NCBI GenBank assembly: GCA_964016885.1
Contig: OZ024743.1
Coordinates: forward strand, 210,738,001-210,802,000
DNA from: Eledone cirrhosa
Lineage: Eukaryota
DNA length: 64,000 nucleotides
Direction: 5' to 3'
Shown here: positions 1-14,630 of the stretch, one piece after another
Layout of the letters: each line of letters starts with the position of its first letter
Numbering within the stretch: position 1 is the first letter of the stretch
Translations under genes and position numbers: made by a program
The notes under the pieces: generated by a model
Told to the model about the DNA's origin: nothing
Databases searched by the model: none
Seen by the model: only the letters and a program-made list of their open reading frames with translations

Positions 1-3000
1 CACTCCATAAGATATACCACAGTTTACCATCCTATAGCCAGAGATGAAAGCTCTTCACTCCATAAGATATACCACAGTTTACCATCCTATGGCCACACAT
101 GAAAGCTCTTCACTCCATAGGATATACCACAGTTTACCATCCTATAGCCACACATGAAAGCTCTTCACTCCATAACCATAGTTTACCATTCTATAGCCAC
201 ACATGAAAGCTCTTCACTCCATAAGATATACCACAGTTTACCATCCTATAGCCACAGATGAAAGCTCTTTACACCATGAGATATACCACAGTTTACCATC
301 GTATAGCCACAGATGAAAACTCTTCAGTCCATAAGATATACCACAGTTTACCATCCTATGGCCACACATGAAAGCTCTTCACCCGTAAGATATACCACAG
401 TTTACCATCCTTTCGCAAGATGAAAGCTCTTCACTCCATAGGATATACCACAGTTTACCATCCTATAGCCACCCATGAAAGCTCTTCACTCCATAAGATA
501 TACCACAGTTTACCATCATATGGCCACACATCAAAGCTCTTCACCCATGAGATATACCACAGTTTACCATCCTGTAGCCAGATGAAAGCTCTTCACTCCA
601 TAAGATATACCACAGTTTACCATCCTATAGCTACACATGAAAGCTCTTCACTCCATAAGATATACCACAGTCTACCATCCTATGGCCACACATGAAAGCT
701 CTTCACCCATAAGATATACCACAGTTTACCATCCTGTAGCCAGATGAAAGCTCTTCACTCCATAAGATATACCACAGTTTACCATCCTATAGTCACAGAT
801 GAAAGCTCTTCACTCCATAAGATATACCACAGTTTACCATCCTATGGCCACAGATGAAAGCTCTTCACTCCATAAGATATACCACAGTTTACCATCCTAT
901 AGCCACACATGAAAGCTCTTCACTCCATAAGATATACCACAGTTTACAATCCTATAGCCATACATGAAAGCTCTTCAGTCCATAAGATATACCACAGTTT
1001 ACCATCCTATGGCCACAGATGAAAGCTCTTCACTCCATAATATATATCACAGTTTACCATCCTATAGCCACACATGAAAGCTCTTCACTCCATAAGTTAT
1101 ACCACAGTTTACCATCCTATAGCCAGATGAAAGCTCTTCACTCCATAAGATATACCACAGTTTACCATCCTATAGCCACAGATGAAAGCTCTTCACTCCA
1201 TAAGATATACCACAGTTTACCATCCTATAGCCAGATGAAAGCTCTTCACTCCATAATATATACCACAGTTTACCATCCTATAGCCACAGATGAAAGCTCT
1301 TCACTCCATAAGATATACCACAGTTTACCATCCTATAGCGAGATGAAAGCTCTTCACTCCATAAGATATACCACAGTTTACCATCCTATAGCCACAGATG
1401 AAAGCTCTTCACTCCATAAGATACACCACAGTTTACCATCATATGGCCACACATGAAAGCTCTTCACTCCATAGGATATACCACAGTTTACCATCCTATA
1501 GCCACACATGAAAGCTCTTCACTCCATAGGATATACCACAGTTTACCATCCTATAGCCACACATGAACGCTCTTCACCCCATAAGATATACCACAGTTTA
1601 CAATCCTATAGCCAGATGAAAGCTCTTCACTCCATAAGATATACCACAGTTTACCACCCTATAGCCAGATGAAAGCTCTTCACTCCATAAGATATACCAG
1701 TTTACCATCCTATAGACAGAGATGAAAGCTCTTCACTCCATAAGATATACCACAGTTTACCATCCTATAGCCACAGATGAAAACTCTTCACTCCATAAGA
1801 TATACCAGTTTACCATCCTATAGCCACAGATGAAAGATCTTCACTCCATAAGATAAACCTCAGTTTACCATCCTATAGCCACACATGAAACTCTTCACTC
1901 CATAGGATATACCACAGTTTACCATCCTATAGTCACACATGAAAGCTCTTCACTCCATCAGATATACCACAGTTTACCATCCTATAGCCACACATGAAAG
2001 CTCTTCACTCCATAAGATATACCATAGTTTACCATCCTATAGCCACAGATGAAAGCTCTTTACTCCATAAGATATACCACAGTTTACCATCCTATAGTCA
2101 GATGAAAGCTCATCACTCCATAAGATATACCAGTTTACCATCCTATAGCCACAGATGAAAGCTCTTCACTCCATAAGATATACCACAGTTCACCACCCTA
2201 TAGCCAGATGAAAGCTCTTCACGCCATAAGATATACCACAGTTTACCATCCTATAGCCACACATGAAAGCTCTTCACTCCATAAGATATACCACAGTTTA
2301 CCATCGTATGGCCACACATGAAAGCTCTTCACCCATAAGATATACCACAGTTTACCATCCTTTCGCAAGAGGAAAGCTCTTCACTCCATAAGATATACCA
2401 CATTTTACCATCCTATAGCCACACATGAAAGCTCTTCACTCCATAAGATATACCATAGTTTATCATTCTATAGCCACACATGAAAGCTCTTCACTCCATA
2501 AGATATACCACAGTTTACCATCCTATAGCCACAGATGAAAGCTCTTCACCCCATAAGATATACCACAGTTTACAATCCTATAGCCAGATGAAAGCTCTTC
2601 ACTCCATAAGATATACCACAGTTTACAATCCTATAGCCACACATGAAAGCTCTTCACTCCATAAGATATACCACAGTTTACCATCCTATGGCCACACATG
2701 AAAGCTCTTCACCCCATAAGATATACCACAGTTTACCATCCTGTAGCCAGATGAAAGCTCTTCACTCCATAAGATATACCACAGTTTACCATCCTATAGC
2801 CACACATGGAAGCTCTTCACTCCATAAGATATACCACAGTTTACCATCCTATGGCCACACATGAAAGCTCTTCACTCCATAAGATATACACCAGTTTACC
2901 ATCCTATAGCCACACATGAAATCTCTTCACTCCATAGGAGATACCTCAGTTTACCAACCTATAGCCACAGATGAAACTCGTCACTCCATAAGATTTACCA

Positions 3001-4600
3001 CAGTCTACCATCCTATTGCCATACATGAAAGCTCTTCACTCCATAAGATATACCACCTTTTACCATCCTATAGCTACAGATGAAAGCTCTTCACTCCATA
3101 AGATATACCAGTTTACCATCCTATAGCCACACATGAAAGGTCTTCACTCCATAAGATAAACCTCAGTTTACCATCCTATAGCCACACATGAAACACTTCA
3201 CTCCATAGGATATACCACAGTTTACCATCCTATAGCCACACATGAAAGCTCTTCACTCCATCAGATATACCACAGTTTACCATCCTATAGCCACACATGA
3301 AAGCTCTTCACTCCATAAGATATACCATAGTTTACCATCCTATAGCCACAGATGAAAGCTCTTCACTCCATAAGATAAATCACAGTTTACCATCCTATAG
3401 TCAGATGAAAGCTCTTCACTCCATAAGATATACCAGTTTACCATCCTATAGCCACAGATGAAAGCTCTTCACTCCATAAGATATACCACAGTTCACCACC
3501 CTATAGCCAGATGAAAGCTCTTAACTCCATAAGATATACCACAGTTTACCATCCTATAGCCACACATGAAAGCTCTTCACTCCTTAAGATATACCACAGT
3601 TTACCATCCTATGGCCACACATGAAAGCTCTTCACCCATAAGATATACCACAGTTTACCATCCTTTCGCAAGTGGAAAGCTCTTCACTCCATAAGATATA
3701 CCACATTTTACCATCCTATAGCCACACATGAAAGCTCTTCACTCCATAAGATATACCACAGTTTACCATCCTATAGCCACACATGAAAGATCTTCACTCC
3801 ATAAGATATAACACAGTTTACCATCCTGTAGCCAGATGAAAGCTCTTCATTCTATAAGATATACCAGAGTTTACCATCCTATAGCCACACATGAAAGCTC
3901 TTCACTCCATAAGATATACCTCAGTTTACCAACCTATAGCCACAGATGAAACTCTTCACTCCATAAGATATACCACAGTTTACCATCCTATAGCCAGATG
4001 AAAACTCTTCACTCCATAAGATATACCACAGTTTACCACCCTATAGCCAGATGAAAGCTCTTCACTCCATAAGATATACCAGTTTACCATCCTATAGCCA
4101 CAGATGAAAGCTCTTCACTCCATAAGATATACCACAGTCTACCATCCTATAGCCACAGATGAAAGCTCTTCACTCCATAAGATATATCAGTTTACCATCC
4201 TATAGCCACAGATGAAAGCTCTTCACTCCATAAGATATACCACAGTTCACCACCCTATAGCCAGATGAAAGCTCTTCACTCCATAAGATATACCACAGTT
4301 TACCATCCTATAGCCACACATGAAACTCTTCACTCCATAAGATATACCACAGTTTACCATCATATAGCCACAGATGAATGCACATCACTCTATAAGATAT
4401 ACCACAGTTTGCCATCCTATAGCCACAGATGAAAGCTCTTCACCCCATAAGATATACCACAGTTTATCATCCTATAGCCACAGAAGAAAGCTCTTCACTC
4501 CATAGGATATACCACAGTTTAACATCCTATAGCCACACATGAAAGCTCTTCACTCCATAAGATATACCACAGTTTACCATCCTGTAGCCAGATGAAAGCT
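1..4600. repeat. HOR block A (copy 1); near-identical to 21146-25640
   Basis: Identical ORF translations at a constant offset of 21145 (420/21565, 1019/22164, 2480/23625, 2643/23788). The private 6-bp-deleted monomer CATAACCATAG occurs at ~171 and ~21316. The offset becomes 21037 after two monomers (~3730-3840) missing from copy 2. Confidence 0.93.
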
Positions 4601-7600
4601 CTTCACTCCATAAGATATACCACAGTTTACCATCCTATAGCCACACATGAAAGCTCTTCACTCCATAAGATATACCACAATTTACCATCCTATGGACACA
4701 GATGAAAGCTCTTCACTCCATAAGATATACCACAGTTTACCATCCTATAGCCACACATGAAAGTTCTTAACTCCATAAGATATACCACAGTTTACCATCC
4801 TATATCCACAGATGAAGGCTCTTCACTCCATAAGATATACCACAGTTTACCATCCTATAGCCACAGATGAAAGCTCTTCACCCCATAAGATATACCGCAG
4901 TTTACCATCCTAGAGCCAGATGAAAGCTCTTCACTCCATAAGATATACCACAGTTTACCATCCTAGAGCCACAGATGAAATCTCTTCACTCCATAATATA
5001 TACCACAGTTTACCACCCTATACCCAGATGAAAGCTCTTCACTCCATTAAATATACCACAGCTTACCATCCTATGGCCACACATGAAAGCTCTTCACCCC
5101 ATAAGATATACCACAGTTTACCATCCTATGGCCACACATGAAAGCTCTTCACTCCATAAGATATACCACAGTTTACCATCCTATGGCCACACATGAAAGC
5201 TCTTCACCCCATAAGATATACCACAGTTTACCATCCTATAGCCAGATGAAAGCTCTTCACTCCATAACATATACCACAGTCTACCATCCTATAGCCACAC
5301 ATGAAAGATCTTTAACCCATAAGATATGCCACAGTTTACCATTCTATAGCCAGATGAAAGCTCTTCACTCCATAAGATATACCACAGTTTACCATCCTAT
5401 AGCCACACATGAAAGCTCTTCACTCCATAAGATATACCACAGTTTACCATCCTATATCCACAGATGAAGGCTCTTCACTCCATAAGATATACCACAGTTT
5501 ACCATCCTATGGCCACACATGAAAGCTCTTCACTCCATAACATATACCACACTTTACCATCCTATAGCCACACATGAAAGCTCTTCACTCCATAAGATAT
5601 ACCATAGTTTATCATTCTATAGCCACACATGAAAGCTTTTCACTCCATAAGATATACCACAGTTTACCATCCTATAGCCACACATGAAAGCTCTTCACTC
5701 CATAAGATATACCACAGTTTACCATCCTATAGCCACAGATGAAAGCTCTTCACTCCATAAGATATACCTCAGTTAACCATCCTGTAGCCAGATGAAAGCT
5801 CTTCACTCCATAAGATATACCACAGTTTACCATCCTATAGCCACACATGAAAGCTCTTCACTCCATAAGATATACCTCAGTTAACCATCCTATAGCCAGA
5901 TGAAAGCTCTTCACTCCATAAGATATACCACAGTTTACCATCCTATAGCCACAGATGAAAGCTCTTCACCCCATAAGATATACCACAGTTTACCATCCTA
6001 TAGCCAGATGAAAGCTCTTCACTCCATAAGAAATACCACAGTTTACCATCCTATAGCCACACATGAAAGCTCTTTAACCCATAAGATATACCACAGTTTA
6101 CCATCCTATAGCCAGATGAAAGCTCTTCACTCCAGAAGATATACCACAGTGTACCATCCTCTAGCCACAGATGAAAGCTCTTCAATCCATAAGATATACC
6201 ACAGTTTACCATCCTATAGCCACACATGAAAGCTCTTCACTCCATAAGATATACCACTGTTTACCATCCTATAGCCACACATGAAAGCTCTTCACTCCAT
6301 AAGATATACCACAGTTCACCACCCAATAGCCAGATGAAAGCTCTTCACTCCATAAGATATACCACAGTTTACCATCATATAGCCATGGATGAATGCTCTT
6401 CACTCCATAAGATATACCACAGTTTACCATCCTATACCCACAGATGAAAGCTCTCCACCCCATAAGATATACCACAGTTTACCATCCTAGAGCCAGATGA
6501 AAGCTCTTCACTCCATAAGATATACCACAGTTTACCATCCTATAGCCACAGATGAAAGCTCTTCACTCCATAATAGATACCACAATTTACCATCCTATAG
6601 TCACAGATGAAAGCTCTTCACTCCATAAGATATACCACAGTTTACCATCCTATACCCAGATGAAAGCTCTTCACCCCATAAGATATACCACAGTTTACCA
6701 TCCTATGGCCACACATGAAAGCTCTTCACCCCATAAGATATACCACATTTTACCATCCTATAGCCAGATGAAAGCTCTTCACTCCATAAGATATACCAGA
6801 GTTTACCATCCTATAGACACACATGAAGCTCTTCACCCATAAGATATACCACAGTTTACCATCCTGTAGCCAGATGAAAGCTCTTCACTCCATAAGATAT
6901 ACCACAGTTTACCATCCTATAGCCACACATGAAAGCTCTTCACTCCATAAGATACACCACAGTTTACCATCCTATAACCACACATGAAATCTCTTCACTA
7001 CATAAGATATACCACAGTTTACCATCCTGTAGCCAGATGAAAGCTCTTCACTCCATAAGATATACCACAGTTTACCATCCTATAGCCACACATGAAAGCT
7101 CTTCACTCCATAAGATATACCACAGTTTACCATCCTATAGCCACACATGATACCTCTTCACTACATAAGATATACCACAGTTTACCATCCTATAGCCAGA
7201 TGAAAGCTCTTCATTCCATAACATATACCACAGTTTACCATCCTATAGCCACACATGAAAGATCTTTAACCCATAAGATATGCCACAGTTTACCATCCTA
7301 TAGCCAGATGAAAGCTCTTCACTCCATAAGATATACCACAGTTTACCATCCTATAGCCACACATGAAAGCTCTTCACTCCATATGATATACCACAGTTTA
7401 CCATCCTATAGCCAGAGATGAAAGCTCTTCACTCCATAAGATATACCGCAGTTCACCACCCTATAGCCAGATGAAAGCTCTTCACCCCATAAGATATACA
7501 ACAGTTTACCATCCTATAGCCACACATGAAACTCTTCACTCCATAAGATATACCACAGTTTACCATCATATAGCCACAGATGAATGCACATCACTCCATA

Positions 7601-10600
7601 AGATATACCACAGTTTGCCATCCTATAGCCACAGATGAAAGCTCTTCACCCCATAAGATATACCACAGTTTATCATCCTATAGCCACAGATGAAACTCTT
7701 CACTCCATAAGATATACCACAGTTTACCATCCTATAGCCAGATGAAAACTCTTCACTCCATAAGATATACCACAGTTTACCACCCTATAGCCAGATGAAA
7801 GCTCTTCACTCCATAAGATATACGAGTTTACCATCCTTTAGCCACAGATGAAAGCTCTTCACTCCATCAGATATACCACAGTTTACCATCCTATAGCCAC
7901 AGTTTAAAGCTCTTCACTCCATAAGATATACCAGTGTAACATCCTAAAGCCACAGGTGAAATCACTTCACTCCATAAGATATACCACAGTTTACCATCCT
8001 ATAGCCACACATGAAAGCTCTTCACTGCATAAGATATACAACAGTTTACCATCATATAGCCATGGATGAATGCTCTTCACTCCATAAGATATACCACAGT
8101 TTACCATCCTATAGCCACAGATGAAAGCTCTTCACCCCATAAGATATACCACAGTTTACCATCCTAGAGCCAGATGAAAGCTCTTCACTCCATAAGATAT
8201 ACCACAGTTTACCATCCTATAGCCACAGATGAAAGCTCCTCACCCCATAAGATATACCACAGTTTACCATCCTAGAGCCAGATGAAAGCTCTTCACTCCA
8301 TAAGATATACCACAGTTTACCATCCTATAGCCACAGAAGAAAGCTCTTCACTCCATAAGATATACCACAGTTTACCATCCTATAGCCACACATGAAACCT
8401 CTTCACTCCATAAGATATACCACAGTTTAACATCCTATAGCCACACATGAAAGCTCTTCACTCCATAAGATATACCACAGTTTACCATCCTGTAGCCAGA
8501 TGAAAGCTCTTCACTCCATAAGATATACCACAGTTTACCATCCTATAGCCACACATGAAAGCTCTTCACTCCATAAGATATACCACAATTTACCATCCTA
8601 TGGACACAGATGAAAGCTCTTCACTCCATAAGATATACCACAGTTTACCATCCTATAGCCACACATGAAGGTTCTTAACTCCATAAGATATACCACAGTT
8701 TACCATCCTATATCCACAGATGAAGGCTCTTCACTCCATAAGATATACCACAGTTTACCATCCTATAGCCACAGATGAAAGCTCTTCACCCCATAAGATA
8801 TACCACAGTTTACCATCCTAGAGCCAGATGAAAGCTCTTCACTCCATAAGATATACCACAGTTTACCATCCTATAGCCACAGATGAAATCTCTTCACTCC
8901 ATAATATATACCACAGTTTACCACCCTATACCCAGATGAAAGCTCTTCACTCCATTAAATATACCACAGCTTACCATCCTATGGCCACACATGAAAGCTC
9001 TTCACCCCATAAGATATACCACAGTTTACCATCCTATGGCCACACATGAAAGCTCTTCACTCCATAAGATATACCACAGTTTACCATCCTATGGCCACAC
9101 ATGAAAGCTCTTCACCCCATAAGATATACCACAGTTTACCATCCTATAGCCAGATGAAAGCTCTTCACTCCATAACATATACCACAGTCTACCATCCTAT
9201 AGCCACACATGAAAGATCTTTAACCCATAAGATATGCCACAGTTTACCATCCTATAGCCAGATGAAAGCTCTTCACTCCATAAGATATACCACAGTTTAC
9301 CATCCTATAGCCACACATGAAAGCTCTTCACTCCATAAGATATACCACAGTTTACCATCCTATATCCACAGATGAAGGCTCTTCACTCCATAAGATATAC
9401 CACAGTTTACCATCCTATAGCCACACATGAAAGCTCTTCACTCCATAAGATATACCATAGTTTATCATTCTATAGCCACACATGAAAGCTTTTCACTCCA
9501 TAAGATATACCACAGTTTACCATCCTATAGCCACACATGAAAGCTCTTCACTCCATAATAGATACCACAGTTTACTATCCTATAGCCACACATGAAAGCT
9601 CTTCACTCCATAAGATATACCACAGTTTACCATCCTGTAGCCAGATGAAAGCTCTTCACTCCATAAGATATACCACAGTTTACCATCCTATAGCCACACA
9701 TGAAAGCTCTTCACTCCATAAGATATACCTCAGTTAACCATCCTATAGCCAGATGAAAGCTCTTCACTCCATAAGATATACCACAGTTTACCATCCTATA
9801 GCCACAGATGAAACCTCTTCACCCCATAAGATATACCACAGTTTACCATCCTATAGCCAGATGAAAGCTCTTCACTCAATAAGATATACCACAGTTTACC
9901 ATCCTATAGCCACACATGAAAGCTCTTTAACCCAGAAGATATACCACAGTTTACCATCCTATAGCCAGATGAAAGCTCTTCACTCCAGAAGATATACCAC
10001 AGTGTACCATCCTCTAGCCACAGATGAAAGCTCTTCAATCCATAAGATATACCACAGTTTACCATCCTATAGCCACACATGAAAGCTCTTCACTCCATAA
10101 GATATACCACTGTTTACCATCCTATAGCCACACATGAAAGCTCTTCACTCCATAAGATATACCACAGTTCACCACCCTATAGCCAGATGAAAGCTCTTCA
10201 CTCCATAAGATATACCACAGTTTACCATCATATAGCCATGGATGAATGCTCTTCACTCCATAAGATATACCACAGTTTACCATCCTATACCCACAGATGA
10301 AAGCTCTCCACCCCATAAGATATACCACAGTTTACCATCCTAGAGCCAGATGAAAGCTCTTCACTCCAAAAGATATACCACAGTTTACCATCCTATAGCC
10401 ACAGATGAAAGCTCTTCACTCCATAATAGATATCACAATTTACCATCCTATAGTCACAGATGAAAGCTCTTCACTCCATAAGATATACCACAGTTTACCA
10501 TCCTATACCCAGATGAAAGCTCTTCACCCCATAAGATATACCACAGTTTACCATCCTATGGCCACACATGAAAGCTCTTCACCCCATAAGATATACAACA

Positions 10601-13600
10601 CTTTACCATCCTATAGCCAGATGAAAGCTCTTCACTCCATAAGATATACCAGAGTTTACCATCCTATAGACACACATGAAGCTCTTCACCCATAAGATAT
10701 ACCACAGTTTACCATCCTGTAGCCAGATGAAAGCTCTTCACTCCATAAGATATACCACAGTTTACCATCCTATAGCCACACATGAAAGCTCTTCACTCCA
10801 TAAGATACACCACAGTTTACCATCCTATAACCACACATGAAATCTCTTCACTACATAAGATATACCACAGTTTACCATCCTGTAGCCAGATGAAAGCTCT
10901 TCACTCCATAAGATATACCACAGTTTACCATCCTATAGCCACACATGAAAGCTCTTCACTCCATAAGATATACCACAGTTTACCATCCTATAGCCACACA
11001 TGATACCTCTTCACTACATAAGATATACCACAGTTTACCATCCTATAGCCAGATGAAAGCTCTTCATTCCATAACATATACCACAGTTTACCATCCTATA
11101 GCCACACATGAAAGATCTTTAACCCATAAGATATGCCACAGTTTACCATCCTATAGCCAGATGAAAGCTCTTCACTCCATAAGATATACCACAGTTTACC
11201 ATCCTATAGCCACACATGAAAGCTCTTCACTCCATATGATATACCACAGTTTACCATCCTATACCCACAGATGAAGGCTCTTCACTCCATAAGATATACC
11301 ACAGTTTACCATCCTATTGCCACACATGAAAGCTCTTCACTCCATAAGATATACCACAGTTTACCATCCTATAGCCACACATGAAAGCTCTTCACTCCAT
11401 AAGATATACCATAGTTTATCATTCTATAGCCACACATGAAAGCTCTTCACTCCATAAGATATACCACAGTTTACCATCCTATAGCCACACATGAAAGCTC
11501 TTCACTCCATAACAGATACCACAGTTTACTATCCTATAGCCACACATGAAAGCTCTTCACTCCATAAGATATACCACAGTTTACCATCCTGTAGCCAGAT
11601 GAAAGCTCTTCACTCCATAAGATATACCACAGTTTACTATCCTATAGCCACACATGAAAGCTCTTCACTCCATAAGATATACCACAGTTTACCATCCTGT
11701 AGCCAGATGAAAGCTCTTCACTCCATAAGATATACCACAGTTTACCATCCTATAGCCACAGATGAAAGCTCTTCACCCCATAAGATATACCACAGTTTAC
11801 CATCCTATAGCCAGATGAAAGCTCTTCACTCCATAAGATATACCACAGTTTACCATCCTATAGCCACACATGAAAGCTCTTTAACCCATAAGATATACCA
11901 CAGTTTACCATCCTATAGCCAGATGAAAGCTCTTCACTCCAGAAGATATACCACAGTGTACCATCCTCTAGCCACAGATGAAAGCTCTTCAATCCATAAG
12001 ATATACCACAGTTTACCATCCTATAGCCAGATGAAAGCTCTTCACCCCATAAGATATACCACAGTTTAACATCGTATAGCCACACATGAAAGCTCTTCAC
12101 TCCATAGGATATACCACATTTTACCATCCTATAGCCACACATGAAAGCTCTTCACTCCATAAGATATACCACAGTTTACAATCCTATAGCCACACATGAA
12201 AGCTCTTCACTCCATAAGATATACCATAGTTTACCATCCTATAGCCACACATGAAAGCTCTTCACTCCATAAGATATACCACAGTTTACCATCCTATAGC
12301 CACACATAAAAGCTCTTCACTCCATAAGATATACCACAGTTTACCATCCTATAGCCACAGATGCAAGCTCTTTACTCCATAAGATATACCACAGTTTACC
12401 ATCCTATGGCCACACATGAAAGCTCTTCACCCATAAGATATACCACAGTTTATCATCCTTTCGCAAGATGAAAGCTCTTCACTCCATAAGATATACCACA
12501 GTTTACCATCCTATAGCCACACATGAAAGCTCTTCACTACATAAGATATACCACAGTTTACCATCCTGTAGCCAGATGAAAGCAATTCACTCCATAAGAT
12601 ATACCACAGTTTACCATCCTATAGCCACAGATGAAAGCTCTTCACTCCATCAAATATACCACAGTTTACCATCCTATAGCCACAGATGAAAGCTCTTCAC
12701 TCCATAAGATATACCAGATTACCATCCTAAAGCCACAGATGAAACCACTTCACTCCATAAGATATACCACAGTTCACCATCCTATAGCCAGATGAAAGCT
12801 CTTCACTCCATAAGATATACCACAGTTTACCATCCTATGGCCACACATGAAAGCTCTTCACCCATAAGATATACCACAGTTTATCATCCTTTCGCAAGAT
12901 GAAAGCTCTTCACTCCATAAGATATACCACAGTTTACCATCCTATAGCCACACATGAAACCACTTCACTCCATAAGATATACCACAGTTTACCATCCTAT
13001 AGCCAGATGAAAGTTCTTCACTCCATAAGATATACCACAGTTTACCATCATATAGCCATGGATGAATGCTCTTCACTCCATAAGATATACCACAGTTTAC
13101 CATCCTATACCCACAGATGAAAGCTCTTCACCCCATAAGATATACCACAGTTTACCATCCTAGAGCCAGATGAAAGCTCTTCACTCCATAAGATATACCA
13201 GTTTACCATCATATAGCCACATATGAAAGCTCTTCACTCCATAATAGATATCACAATTTACCATCCTATAGTCACAGATGAAAGCTCTTCACTCCATAAG
13301 ATATACCACAGTTTACCATCCTATACCCAGATGAAAGCTCTTCACCCCATAAGATATACCACAGTTTACCATCCTATGGCCACACATGAAAGCTCTTCAC
13401 CCCATAAGATATACAACACTTTACCATCCTATAGCCAGATGAAAGCTCTTCACTCCATAAGATATACCAGAGTTTACCATCCTATAGACACACATGAAGC
13501 TCTTCACCCATAAGATATACCACAGTTTACCATCCTGTAGCCAGATGAAAGCTCTTCACTCCATAAGATATACCACAGTTTACCATCCTATAGCCACACA

Positions 13601-14630
13601 TGAAAGCTCTTCACTCCATAAGATACACCACAGTTTACCATCCTATAACCACACATGAAATCTCTTCACTACATAAGATATACCACAGTTTACCATCCTG
13701 TAGCCAGATGAAAGCTCTTCACTCCATAAGATATACCACAGTTTACCATCCTATAGCCACACATGAAAGCTCTTCACTCCATAAGATATACCACAGTTTA
13801 CCATCCTATAGCCACACATGATACCTCTTCACTACATAAGATATACCACAGTTTACCATCCTATAGCCAGATGAAAGCTCTTCATTCCATAACATATACC
13901 ACAGTTTACCATCCTATAGCCACACATGAAAGATCTTTAACCCATAAGATATGCCACAGTTTACCATCCTATAGCCAGATGAAAGCTCTTCACTCCATAA
14001 GATATACCACAGTTTACCATCCTATAGCCACACATGAAAGCTCTTCACTCCATATGATATACCACAGTTTACCATCCTATACCCACAGATGAAGGCTCTT
14101 CACTCCATAAGATATACCACAGTTTACCATCCTATGGCCACACATGAAAGCTCTTCACTCCATAAGATATACCACAGTTTACCATCCTATAGCCACACAT
14201 GAAAGCTCTTCACTCCATAAGATATACCATAGTTTATCATTCTATAGCCACACATGAAAGCTCTTCACTCCATAAGATATACCACAGTTTACCATCCTAT
14301 AGCCACACATGAAAGCTCTTCACTCCATAACAGATACCACAGTTTACTATCCTATAGCCACACATGAAAGCTCTTCACTCCATAAGATATACCACAGTTT
14401 ACCATCCTGTAGCCAGATGAAAGCTCTTCACTCCATAAGATATACCACAGTTTACTATCCTATAGCCACACATGAAAGCTCTTCACTCCATAAGATATAC
14501 CACAGTTTACCATCCTGTAGCCAGATGAAAGCTCTTCACTCCATAAGATATACCACAGTTTACCATCCTATAGCCACAGATGAAAGCTCTTCACCCCATA
14601 AGATATACCACAGTTTACCATCCTATAGCC
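4600..14630. repeat. HOR block B (copy 1), containing internal ~3.85-3.9 kb and ~2.82 kb periods; near-identical to ~31100-40600
   Basis: Internal ORF offsets are 3908 (4920/8828), 3853 (5900/9753, 6552/10405, 7092/10945) and 2818 (10405/13223, 11491/14309). Offsets to copy 2 are 26506, 26454 and 26401. Confidence 0.9.

Noticed and set aside
46-56. Heat-shock element (GAA..TTC) or TATA-box promoter arrays
   Set aside because: The spacing is GAA-N5-TTC rather than GAA-N2-TTC. The TATA instances (GATATACC, CTATAGC) do not match TATAWAW.
411-427. CENP-B box in the TTTCGCAAGATGAAAGC variant
   Set aside because: It matches TTCG-NNNN-A but lacks the essential CGGG of the NTTCGNNNNANNCGGGN motif.
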